From assembly GCA_963741095.1 (NCBI GenBank), contig CAVUGN010000002.1, positions 1-64,000 on the forward strand: 64,000 nucleotides of DNA. Reading direction: 5' to 3'. The notes under the pieces are model-generated. The model did no database searches and was not told where the DNA came from. It saw only the letters and a program-made list of their open reading frames with translations. Source of the stretch: an uncultured Candidatus Micrarchaeota archaeon (GTDB lineage Archaea; Micrarchaeota; Micrarchaeia; Micrarchaeales; Micrarchaeaceae). Positions 21,282 to 28,965 of this stretch are shown one piece after another. The translations under genes and the position numbers were made by a program. How positions within the stretch are numbered: position 1 is the first letter of the stretch; each line of letters starts with the position of its first letter.

Positions 21282-21404
21282 GCCAGGGTGGCAGAATCTG
21301 GTAATGCGCCGGTCTTGAATTTTAGGGTTCAAGAGCTGATTAGTGATGCGAACAGGCCAACCGGTTTCCGCAAGGAATTTTGGGTTCAAATCCCAACCCT
21401 GGCG
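21282..21404 (+). tRNA. tRNA-Ser(UGA) with 39-nt canonical intron (21320-21358)
   Basis: GCCAGGG/CCCTGGC acceptor stem, CCGGT/ACCGG anticodon stem, TGA at 21316-21318, long variable arm, G discriminator, BHB (CTTG pairs with CAGG). Confidence 0.93.
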
Positions 21405-21488
21405 ATCCATAGTTTTGCCCGACGACAAGCCAAACTCCAAAAGCAACTTTGTCGTAGAAGGTTCAGAGCCCTACGTTTATTAGGGCAT

Positions 21489-22028
21489 TTAGTGATCTGC
21501 ATATTTAGACGGGATACAAACCTTCAAGATTTCTGATACTACCGCGTTGGGTTTCTTGTTTGCATCTATGGCGATAGCTCCCTTTTCTAAAATATGCTTT
21601 TCCCACCAATTTTTCCAATTTAGCACCCACCTCTGAACCGCTGTGGTCTGCCCAAATCCATCTCCTTTTCGATTGCTAAGCCGATTGCGCAGAATTCTAG
21701 GGCTTATCTTCAACAGCAAGATTTTATCGAATAACGGAAGCAGTTCATCTAGATTTCCCGCAGTTCCGCAGTAGAATACAATGCCTTTATTATTTCTTTT
21801 AATTAAATTTTGTAGTTTTCTTTTGTTGCATATCCACTCGTATTTTTTGACTGCTTTAAGATTACCGGTATTTATTTTTGCTGCCTTCCCTGTTCTTTTA
21901 TTGACCATGCTAAAAAGGCCTTCAATATCTTCGATAGAATGTGCTTTATAGCCAAGTTTAACTAGTTCTTTACATACTGTTGACTTACCAGAACCAGTAA
22001 TGCCCGTAATCAAGATTGATTTATGCAT
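21489..22028 (-). CDS. P-loop nucleotide/shikimate kinase-like (AAA_18-type) protein, cassette 1
   Basis: ILITGITGSGKST Walker A; RLSNR lid; IDANK. Confidence 0.8.
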   Translation of the reverse strand: MHKSILITGITGSGKSTVCKELVKLGYKAHSIEDIEGLFSMVNKRTGKAAKINTGNLKAVKKYEWICNKRKLQNLIKRNNKGIVFYCGTAGNLDELLPLFDKILLLKISPRILRNRLSNRKGDGFGQTTAVQRWVLNWKNWWEKHILEKGAIAIDANKKPNAVVSEILKVCIPSKYADH

Positions 22029-22103
22029 GTTTAATCTGTTAGAAGGGTATGTTTAAATCTTTAAATGCCATAGCTAATTATTATGCCAAACATCGAGAGG
22101 GAT

Positions 22104-22168
22104 TGTATGTCGTTGTATATGCGTTGTGAACTGACATGAAACTAGCCCGCCCAACCCTGGCGATCCAT
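22104..22168 (+). repeat. att-like site A1: conserved arm plus 19 bp identical to the tRNA-Ser 3' end and flank
   Basis: cccaaccctggcgatccat at 22150-22168 equals 21392-21410; 26 bp identical to site A2, with further upstream similarity. Confidence 0.88.
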
Positions 22169-22197
22169 TTTAGTTTCAAAGAAAGAGACCTGAAAAC

Positions 22198-22584
22198 ATG
22201 AAAGAAAACAAACTTGCAATTGAGATAAATTGTTCTGCTGAAGTGTTATTTGATATTACGACATATCCTGGCAAAGCCCCTTTATGGATAGACGCAATCA
22301 TTCGTGAAGAAACCAACGAATTCCCGATAAAGTTAGGTACAACGTACAAGGAACTTAACAGGTCAGGCAAGTGGTCAGAATACACTGTCGTCAAATTTCG
22401 TAGAAATAGGATATTTGAATTAGCGCAGAAGGATAGCTCTTATCATGTGCGTTACACATACGAACCTATTTCGGAGAAGAAAACAAGACTTGTATACTTA
22501 GAATGGGTTGATGCTGGCGAACTCGAATACCCGTTTTTACCAGTAGTCTTGAAGAAGCTCAAGAAAGTCATCGAGAGATTATAG
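22198..22584 (+). CDS. SRPBCC/START-fold-like protein, cassette 2
   Basis: IEINCSAEVLFD...P..APLW...YTYEPISEKKTRL...LKKLKKVIE pattern. Confidence 0.7.
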   Translation: MKENKLAIEINCSAEVLFDITTYPGKAPLWIDAIIREETNEFPIKLGTTYKELNRSGKWSEYTVVKFRRNRIFELAQKDSSYHVRYTYEPISEKKTRLVYLEWVDAGELEYPFLPVVLKKLKKVIERL

Positions 22585-22628
22585 TAACGGGCATGTGCCA
22601 GAGATGCGATGCAGCGTAAATTCTGCTT

Positions 22629-22689
22629 TTTATACCATTGTATACGTATTGTGCAATGATATAAAACTAGCCCGCCCAACCCTGGCGAT
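22629..22689 (+). repeat. att-like site A2
   Basis: aaactagcccgcccaaccctggcgat (22664-22689) equals 22139-22164; TTGTATA..TTGTG..TGA.AT arm shared. Confidence 0.88.
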
Positions 22690-22699
22690 TGATGGGTCT

Positions 22700-23326
22700 A
22701 TGAAGGATGAGCAAGCTGTAAAACTGGTGGAAACGGGCTATGACAAAATCTACAGGGGGTACTAGGAAAAAAGAAAGGGCAGCACTAAGGAGGTAAATGA
22801 TCTTGTTGCACGGCTGCCCAAAAAGGCGAAGGTCCTTGATGTGGGCTGCGGAGGGGGCTACATATCCAGGCTCTTGGTGAAAAAGGGTTTTAGAGTTATT
22901 GGAGTCGACATATCAGGGAATGTGGTAAAACTTGCCCGGAAGAACGTACCGGGAGCAAAGTTCTACAAGATGGACATGAGGAAATTGAAATTTGGGGCGG
23001 GATCCTTTGATGGCATAACGTCTTTTTATGCAATAATACACGTTCCAAGAAAATACCACCTGCTGGTGCTCAAGGAATTTAGCACGCTCCTGAAGCCCGG
23101 TGGGTTTCTGCTATTAACCATGAGTGGAACGGCGTTCGGGTAGGATATCGAGAAGGATTGGCTCAAGCTCGGTGCTGATATGTATTGGAGTCAGTTCGGG
23201 CTGGAGAAGAACCTGTTGCTCTTGAAAAAGGCGGGCTTTGACATACTTTGGCATAGGTTTGTCGGTCCGAAGAATGACAGGCATCCTGCAATATTGGCGC
23301 AGATGGTAAGGGGGCATGGCGAGTGA
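22700..23326 (+). pseudogene. Class I SAM-dependent methyltransferase interrupted by two in-frame TAG codons, cassette 3
   Basis: ATG 22700 MKDEQAVKLVETGYDKI..; TAG 22763; KVLDVGCGGG, GVDIS, LLKPGG; TAG 23141; then DWLKLGADMYWSQF..KAGFDI to TGA 23324, all in one frame. Confidence 0.85.
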
Positions 23327-23341
23327 AGGGAGGAATATACT

Positions 23342-23381
23342 TTAGATGCTTAACTCGCAGTCGATGTTCAACCCTGGCGAA
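23342..23381 (+). repeat. att-like site B1
   Basis: ttagatgcttaactcgcagtcgatgttcaaccctggcgaa; 12 bp match to the tRNA end; arm shared with B2. Confidence 0.8.
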
Positions 23382-23389
23382 GGATAATC

Positions 23390-24655
23390 TCATTCAAGCA
23401 GGATATTCTGCTTCAACAGCAACTTGAAAGCAGGAACTATATTGATGGTCTTGCCTTGCGATCTTTGTACAGTGTCTTGATGCGCTGACACGATGTATCC
23501 TTTCCTGGACTTGAACTTGCGCATGAAGGCATTCAAGCCGGTGGTGTCTATGCCACCGTATTTGATCTCTATGGGTATTGGACCCTTTTCAAGCACGATA
23601 TCGACTTCATTGTGGTGTTCGTCACGCCAGAAGTATTTTGCGTCGAGCTGGTTGACGACCATCCATTCGAAGACTTTTGATTGGTACAGTGCGTCGTCTT
23701 TGAAGGCAAGTTCCGTCGATATGATGGTGGGATAATATTTCCTGAGCGACCTTTCTGATTTCCTTATGTTCCGGGAATAATTGTACATTTTCCGCACTAT
23801 GAACGCGTCTTCCAGATACCCTAAATACTTCGAAACGGAGTAACGGGATATCCCCAGTTCTTTCGCTAGCTTCGCATAATCTATGACTTGCCCGGGAGCA
23901 TCCATTAGGATCCTTAGGATCGCGCCAAGAGCATCGGTGTTTCTGATTCCGAACATCTCGGGTATGTCCTTATAGAGCACCTTATCGCTTATGCCTTCTG
24001 TTATGTATTTCTTGATGTATGCTGGATTGATCTTCCCGACTAATTCGGGAAAGCCCTGTGTACGCATAAATTCCGGCATCGCGCGCTCAAGTTCATGCTC
24101 GTAGATGCCGATGGGCTCGGCCTTTTGCCCCTTGAAATCTACGAATTCCTTGAAAGTTAATGGAGTTATTTTAAATTCGAGCAGCCTTCCAGAGAGCGTC
24201 TCTTTCGACTTCTTTCTTATGAAAAGTGATTCCGAACCCGATATGAGTATCTTCACGTTTCTTGAATAGACATCGTATATCCATTTCAGCTTTCCTTCCC
24301 ATCCTTCGAGCTTCTGTATCTCGTCGAGTACCAGAAGGTGTTTTCCTTGGCTGATACTCTTCCCCGTAATAAGTTCATACTCCCGGATTATGTCTCGGAT
24401 ATCTGCAGTTATCAGTTCGTCAAAAGAAAAGAACACGATGTTCAGGGGGTCGGTGCCCGACTTTATGCTGTCATCAATTATCTTCAGCAATAGTGTTGTC
24501 TTTCCGACCCTCCTAAGACCAGTGAATGCGAGTATCTGCTTTTCCGGCATAAACTCCTTTATCCGCCCGTATATTTGCCTTTCTTTGTAGTCTAGCTCGA
24601 AGTGGCCGTTCCACCACGTATTTGCCTCTCTGAGGACATCTGAAATCTGCGCCAT
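23390..24655 (-). CDS. COG1373-type ATPase (AAA_14 + DUF4143), cassette 4
   Basis: GLRRVGKTT, LDEIQ, ISGSES, LSGR, GFPE; C-terminal EVDIV..PIEIK. Confidence 0.9.
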   Translation of the reverse strand: MAQISDVLREANTWWNGHFELDYKERQIYGRIKEFMPEKQILAFTGLRRVGKTTLLLKIIDDSIKSGTDPLNIVFFSFDELITADIRDIIREYELITGKSISQGKHLLVLDEIQKLEGWEGKLKWIYDVYSRNVKILISGSESLFIRKKSKETLSGRLLEFKITPLTFKEFVDFKGQKAEPIGIYEHELERAMPEFMRTQGFPELVGKINPAYIKKYITEGISDKVLYKDIPEMFGIRNTDALGAILRILMDAPGQVIDYAKLAKELGISRYSVSKYLGYLEDAFIVRKMYNYSRNIRKSERSLRKYYPTIISTELAFKDDALYQSKVFEWMVVNQLDAKYFWRDEHHNEVDIVLEKGPIPIEIKYGGIDTTGLNAFMRKFKSRKGYIVSAHQDTVQRSQGKTINIVPAFKLLLKQNILLE

Positions 24656-24782
24656 TCGTAATCAACATGGATTGCAATCTATGATTAATATGATAAACAA
24701 AGATATAAATACCTTCTATCGATTCTGCACACTGATTTTGGTATTACAGCGGAGTTAGGCGTTAGTGGGGATTTGAGTGAGG

Positions 24783-24823
24783 TTAGAGTTTTAACTCGCG
24801 GATCGATGTTCAACCCTAGTGAA
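24783..24823 (+). repeat. att-like site B2 (degenerate)
   Basis: ttagagttttaactcgcggatcgatgttcaaccctagtgaa; core 10/12 identical to the tRNA end. Confidence 0.72.
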
Positions 24824-24834
24824 TTTTTGTTTGA

Positions 24835-26598
24835 TCATGAGCGGAAAGATGCTATGGCTTTGTCTATGCCGCTTATCGGGAAGACGCGTATTCTATCTTT
24901 TGTTGCGCTTGCCCGATAGAATTCATAGTGTGCATCATTCACCAGTACGATTATTTCGTCGTAATCCTTGAGCCTTGCCTCAAACATTACGATGGTTTCG
25001 TTGATATTTTTTCTGCCTGTCTCGTACTCGATTGCTATCTTTTTGCTGTTCGCATACGCAACGATGTCTGGACCGTTCGAGTTGTCGATTATGGCGTTGT
25101 TTATCCCCATCCTGTCCAATTCCTCTTTTATCTTTATCACATACACTTCGTGCTCTGCACTCGCGGGCCCGTTGCGTGCCATAAGCCATTGCTCCTTCGC
25201 GCCATACCAGTCAATCGTTATGAGGTCTATGCCCATTGCGGACAACGAAGTTTCGTCGGCAGGCCCGAATTCTTCTATGAATTTTTCTAATTTTATTGGA
25301 CTTTTGGAGAAAGCGATGGCTCTTTCGATGTTGTATCGGGTGTTTGGGACTGCGCGAATCTGTTTTGCTCTGGAGAATGCGCTAGGAGTTTTCAGCAGGA
25401 TCGGCTCCTTGAACCTGCCGCTTATCAGCATCGCTTCGCTCACTCCCAGTTTATGCAGCCTGCTCTTTACGGACAATGCTTTTTCGGGCATGCCGCCTGA
25501 GAGTATGTTTGATATGTAGTTTACGTCTCCCGGCTCCCTTGGGTAGAATGCGATGAATGTTGATGCATTCGCTATTATCTGCTTGTTCAGGTCGCTCGCG
25601 GTGTGCGTGGCGAGTATCACTCCGACTCCGTATTTCCTACCTTCGCCGATGAGCTGGCTTACCATGTAACTTCCAGACCCCGTGCTGCTTATCAGGAAGT
25701 CGGCTTCGTCTATCATTATGTACATGCCTATGCCCCTCTCCTTCTCATTGCCTTTCATGTCCTGGTATAGCCTGCGGAGCAGTTCATGAAGGTATATCAG
25801 CCTCATTCCTTCGCCTTTCATGGAGCTTAGTGAGAACGAGTTTACCCCATGCTTGAGGTCGCTTATGCTGACAAATCCCTTAGTGAATGATGCACTGTCC
25901 AGTTGTGATATCCTACCCCTCAGATGCAGCAGCGTGTTCCTCTCTCCAGGAGTCCTTGCGTTGTTCACGAACACTCCCAGTTCGCCCATAAGATCCTTTA
26001 TCGTGGGCGTTCTTGCAAGAGTTGCGGCATCCTTGCTTCTTGCGCCTGCCTTGCGGTACATGTACCACATGCACTGGCTGAGCTTCATCGCCTGCACGTA
26101 GCCCAAGGAATAGACGGATTTCAACAGGTTTGTCAGCTCCGATATGCGCGACGATACTGTTGTGCCGCCAAGGTCGAAGATGTTTATTCCCGAGCATGAG
26201 GAGTCGTGCACATTTCCGCTCAGTTCCCTTACCGCATTCTCATGCTCGTCGTGTGCATCGAAGATTATGATCGGTATCCCGTTCTTGCCTATGTCGCTCA
26301 GCATCGACCTCAGGAGCGTGCTCTTGCCGAAGCCGCTCATGCCCACGATTATGATGTGTGGATTTGGCTCTTTTGAGGGAAACAGAAATATTGGTTTCTT
26401 CTGCTTCCTCCAGAAGAACACGTCTTCGCAGTTCATGCTGCCGCTCTTTCCGTTGAATCTGTAGCTCATCGACTTGCCTCGGGACAGAACCGCTGTGGAA
26501 AAACCGAGGTTAATCCTGAGCTCATTGCTGTTTTTGGCCTTCGTGAAAATGCTTTTCAGCCTGCCAAAAAGATTTTTTAGTTTGTCCAAGATATGCAT
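24835..26598 (-). CDS. HerA/VirB4-like (DUF87) ATPase with C-terminal PD-(D/E)XK-like domain
   Basis: NPHIIIVGMSGFGKST, IFDAHDEH, IMIDEAD, EGRKYGVGVILATH; C-terminal EH...GPDIVA...IAIEYETG. Confidence 0.85.
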   Translation of the reverse strand: MHILDKLKNLFGRLKSIFTKAKNSNELRINLGFSTAVLSRGKSMSYRFNGKSGSMNCEDVFFWRKQKKPIFLFPSKEPNPHIIIVGMSGFGKSTLLRSMLSDIGKNGIPIIIFDAHDEHENAVRELSGNVHDSSCSGINIFDLGGTTVSSRISELTNLLKSVYSLGYVQAMKLSQCMWYMYRKAGARSKDAATLARTPTIKDLMGELGVFVNNARTPGERNTLLHLRGRISQLDSASFTKGFVSISDLKHGVNSFSLSSMKGEGMRLIYLHELLRRLYQDMKGNEKERGIGMYIMIDEADFLISSTGSGSYMVSQLIGEGRKYGVGVILATHTASDLNKQIIANASTFIAFYPREPGDVNYISNILSGGMPEKALSVKSRLHKLGVSEAMLISGRFKEPILLKTPSAFSRAKQIRAVPNTRYNIERAIAFSKSPIKLEKFIEEFGPADETSLSAMGIDLITIDWYGAKEQWLMARNGPASAEHEVYVIKIKEELDRMGINNAIIDNSNGPDIVAYANSKKIAIEYETGRKNINETIVMFEARLKDYDEIIVLVNDAHYEFYRASATKDRIRVFPISGIDKAIASFRS

Positions 26599-26662
26599 CT
26601 TACCACCATTGAAGGAGACGTTGAAAGAAAAACAGAAAATAAAAAATAAAAAAGAAAAAAAC

Positions 26663-26971
26663 TCAGGTTACTTTGGCCTCTCCTTTGCACGTTTCGGTCA
26701 CCTCCATCCCTTTCCGCGAGACCTTCACGTGCATCTCGTACTCCACGTCCTTGTGGAGCACGTCGAAGAAGTACTCGCAAAGCTTCTCCAGCCGGAGCAC
26801 CGCATCAACGTGCGATGCAATGGAATCGTTGAGCTTCATGTCGCTCAGTCTGCGATCCATCTCGGCCTCCTCGCTGAGCACACCGTCCGGCGTGCCGTAC
26901 ATCCTCGCCATTTCGCCTATCCGGTACTCCAATGCTTTTCCTAGCTCGCGCTCGCGCCTATTTGTCTTCAT
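26663..26971 (-). CDS. Hypothetical protein (102 aa)
   Basis: ATG-started ORF with host-like codon usage; no recognised motif. Confidence 0.6.
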   Translation of the reverse strand: MKTNRRERELGKALEYRIGEMARMYGTPDGVLSEEAEMDRRLSDMKLNDSIASHVDAVLRLEKLCEYFFDVLHKDVEYEMHVKVSRKGMEVTETCKGEAKVT

Positions 26972-26975
26972 TCTC

Positions 26976-27262
26976 TAACCCAGGAAGCCGCTTGCCTACG
27001 CTACGCTCAGGCACAACCCAAAGGAACAGACCCGTCTACGACACAGTATGCCTTACGTTCACCTACTTGTATGGCGCAGGTATGCGCAACTTTCCTCTAT
27101 TGTTGTTGGCGCAAAGGCTCTTATACTTTACTCCTCAAATGTGACTGATTTACTGAATAGTGGTGTTTAGTAAAAGGTGTTAAATAGCTTATTGTTCATA
27201 ATTCTACCGCCGAGATTGTCTTGGCTAACCCAAGGAACAGGCCTGCGCTACGGCGCAGGCAC
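26976..27262. repeat. Cluster of degenerate ~37-bp AACCCA(A)GGAA + stem-loop elements
   Basis: Copies at 26976, 27015 and 27226, partial at 27061; perfect hairpin GCCTGCGC-TACG-GCGCAGGC at 27241-27260. Confidence 0.6.
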
Positions 27263-27327
27263 TTATGGTTGCGAAAGATATAAGTTCATTAAAGGAGAAT
27301 CTTATAGTGGGTTAGATAGGGGGATGC

Positions 27328-27462
27328 ATGAAGAGAGATTCTGGGAAACTTAGTAAAGAGACATTGCGTGACATAAAGCAGTCGCTGATTGAAATAAAAA
27401 AAGGTAAAGTCCACACTTTGGAAGAGATAGAAAAGGAATTGGGATTGAAGAAAAAGAGATGA
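27328..27462 (+). CDS. Small RelB-like antitoxin-type protein (44 aa)
   Basis: Below the ORF-track cutoff; MKRDSGKLSKETLRDIKQSLIEIKKGKVHTLEEIEKELGLKKKR. Confidence 0.6.
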   Translation: MKRDSGKLSKETLRDIKQSLIEIKKGKVHTLEEIEKELGLKKKR

Positions 27463-27492
27463 AGTTCTGATTTTGAAATTGATAAGCAAAAG

Positions 27493-27608
27493 TGCCAAAC
27501 AGCAATATGATTTCCCGCCCGAAGGTAGTACACACATATCGTAAGCAGGCTTAGCTTCCGGGTTCGGAATGAGACCGGGCGTTTCCCTGCTCCTGTTGCC
27601 GTTTGACA
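27493..27608 (-). rRNA. rrf: 5S rRNA (stand-alone)
   Basis: Minus strand GGAAACGCCCGGTCTCATTCCGAACCCGGAAGCTAAGCC; terminal helix TGTCAAACGGC/GCTGTTTGGCA; 116 nt. Confidence 0.93.
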
Positions 27609-27710
27609 GGTATCGTTAGGGAAGCAAAATTTATATGGCTTTTCATTCGTCCGGCTTTACAGGAAGAAAGGCTTTTTGGGGCTATTTCCCTCTTGTGTTG
27701 GTTGCCTCTT

Positions 27711-27851
27711 TCAGCTTCTTCCGGCCTTGCATGACGCGCATATGCCGGTCTTCTTGTCGCGGTGGTCCTCGCACGTGGGCCTGCCGCAGAGCTTGCAGGT
27801 GCTTGTCGTGATCCTCCCGCAGAGGTGGCAGAACCTTGGTCTTTCGTTCAT
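27711..27851 (-). CDS. Small zinc-finger protein (46 aa)
   Basis: Below the ORF-track cutoff; MNERPRFCHLCGRITTSTCKLCGRPTCEDHRDKKTGICASCKAGRS, 9 nt downstream of the primase gene. Confidence 0.75.
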   Translation of the reverse strand: MNERPRFCHLCGRITTSTCKLCGRPTCEDHRDKKTGICASCKAGRS

Positions 27852-27860
27852 TGCATCACT

Positions 27861-28814
27861 TTATTTGAGCACGTTTATGTCGAGCGCGCCGCCCAGCAGC
27901 TCCTTCGCCCTGTCCAATGAAAGGACTTTGAGGCCGCGCTTCTTCGCGTAGTCGCACTGGTATCTGATGTAACGCTCGTTGACCCTTGTTGCGGGGTCAA
28001 GCAGCTTGCAGCGCTCTATGTACTCCAAGATGATCTTCGTCGCCTGGTCTACGCTCATGCCCTTCGTGTTGACCAGATAGGGCGCCAATATGAGATTGAC
28101 CGTGCGGTGTCTTATGTCGGCTATCGGCGTTGCTAGGAGCTTCTCCACCCAGGTGTCGTTCCTCCCGAACCTCGCCGGACCGGCGTATGTCTTGATCGTG
28201 GGCTTGAAGGTCTTGGAGAAGTCCATTATCTCCTTCGGCAGCAGCTTCGCGTCTATGGGCAGGCCCTTGGTCAGCTCGCTCTTCATCGCAGCTTCGAAAA
28301 GTTTGAGCGCGTCGGTCTTGTTGAGCAGCACCGAACCCGCGTGCAGGCTCTGGTTCACCAGCTCTATGCCCTTCGCCTTGGACGAATACCTGAGAAAATC
28401 GCTGAAGCCCACTTTTAGCGATGACCAGACAGCCATGTCGCTCGTGGCCTCGCCTTCGATCGTGATGCTCAGCTCCTTCGTTATGCGTTCGAGCTCACTG
28501 ATGTCCGATTCGGAGAGCGCCTGGGCCGATCTCTTCGCCTCTGCGGTTGAGTACCTGTTTATCAGTTCCGCGTCTTTCAATGCGCTGAGTATCATCCTGG
28601 AATAGGCATAGGTTATCAGGTAATCTGCTTTCATGTCGGTCATGCCGGTGCTTCGGTATTCCAGTTCCCCGCCTGTCGCGGCGGTTATGTGGCTCCTGCT
28701 GGCGGCAAGGTACTTCGGGTCTATCCTTGTTATTTGCAATTCATCGATCACCGTCTTCGCCTCGTTTGAGAAGGGGTACTTGTAGGCGAAGTCGATGTCG
28801 GCACTTCCACGCAT
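27861..28814 (-). CDS. DNA primase non-catalytic subunit: PriL-like N-domain with PriX-like C-domain
   Basis: KYPFSNEAK..YSRMIL..AEAKR..LVNQSLHAGSV (PriL N-domain); WVEKLL.TPI.D.RHR...LILAPYLVN.KG...YAKKRGLK (PriX-like). Confidence 0.78.
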   Translation of the reverse strand: MRGSADIDFAYKYPFSNEAKTVIDELQITRIDPKYLAASRSHITAATGGELEYRSTGMTDMKADYLITYAYSRMILSALKDAELINRYSTAEAKRSAQALSESDISELERITKELSITIEGEATSDMAVWSSLKVGFSDFLRYSSKAKGIELVNQSLHAGSVLLNKTDALKLFEAAMKSELTKGLPIDAKLLPKEIMDFSKTFKPTIKTYAGPARFGRNDTWVEKLLATPIADIRHRTVNLILAPYLVNTKGMSVDQATKIILEYIERCKLLDPATRVNERYIRYQCDYAKKRGLKVLSLDRAKELLGGALDINVLK

Positions 28815-28872
28815 GTTATAATAAACGCACTGAAGGAATTAATATCTGCTTGAACCAATCTTACTGCTGTTT

Positions 28873-28945
28873 GGGGCTGTACGCTAACCTGGTAGACTAC
28901 CGGCCTCGGGCGTCGGCAATCCGAGTCCAAATCTCGGCAGCCCCA
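28873..28945 (+). tRNA. tRNA-Pro(CGG)
   Basis: GGGGCTG/CAGCCCC acceptor stem, CCGGC-CT-CGG-GC-GTCGG anticodon arm, T arm CCGAG-TCCAAAT-CTCGG; weak D stem. Confidence 0.85.
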
Positions 28946-28965
28946 TCCTGTTTCATGTGCTGCGC

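Larger units (their letters stand above)
21405..24822. mobile_element. Array of four gene cassettes delimited by tRNA-Ser 3'-end direct repeats
   Basis: (CC)CAACCCTGGCGA core at 21392, 22150, 22675, 23369 and (degenerate) 24811; one gene between each pair; visibly AT-richer than flanks. Confidence 0.8.

Noticed and set aside
22763-23143. Genome-wide TAG reassignment
   Set aside because: leuS, HAD, aIF2a and PAC2 end at TAG at their expected C-termini.
21392-24822. CRISPR array interpretation of the CAACCCTGGCGA repeats
   Set aside because: Spacing is 0.5-1.4 kb, each interval holds a gene, the repeat is a tRNA end, and no cas genes are present.
27289-27537. Three overlapping minus-strand ORFs
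   Set aside because: They overlap the 5S rRNA and the more plausible plus-strand 44-aa ORF.
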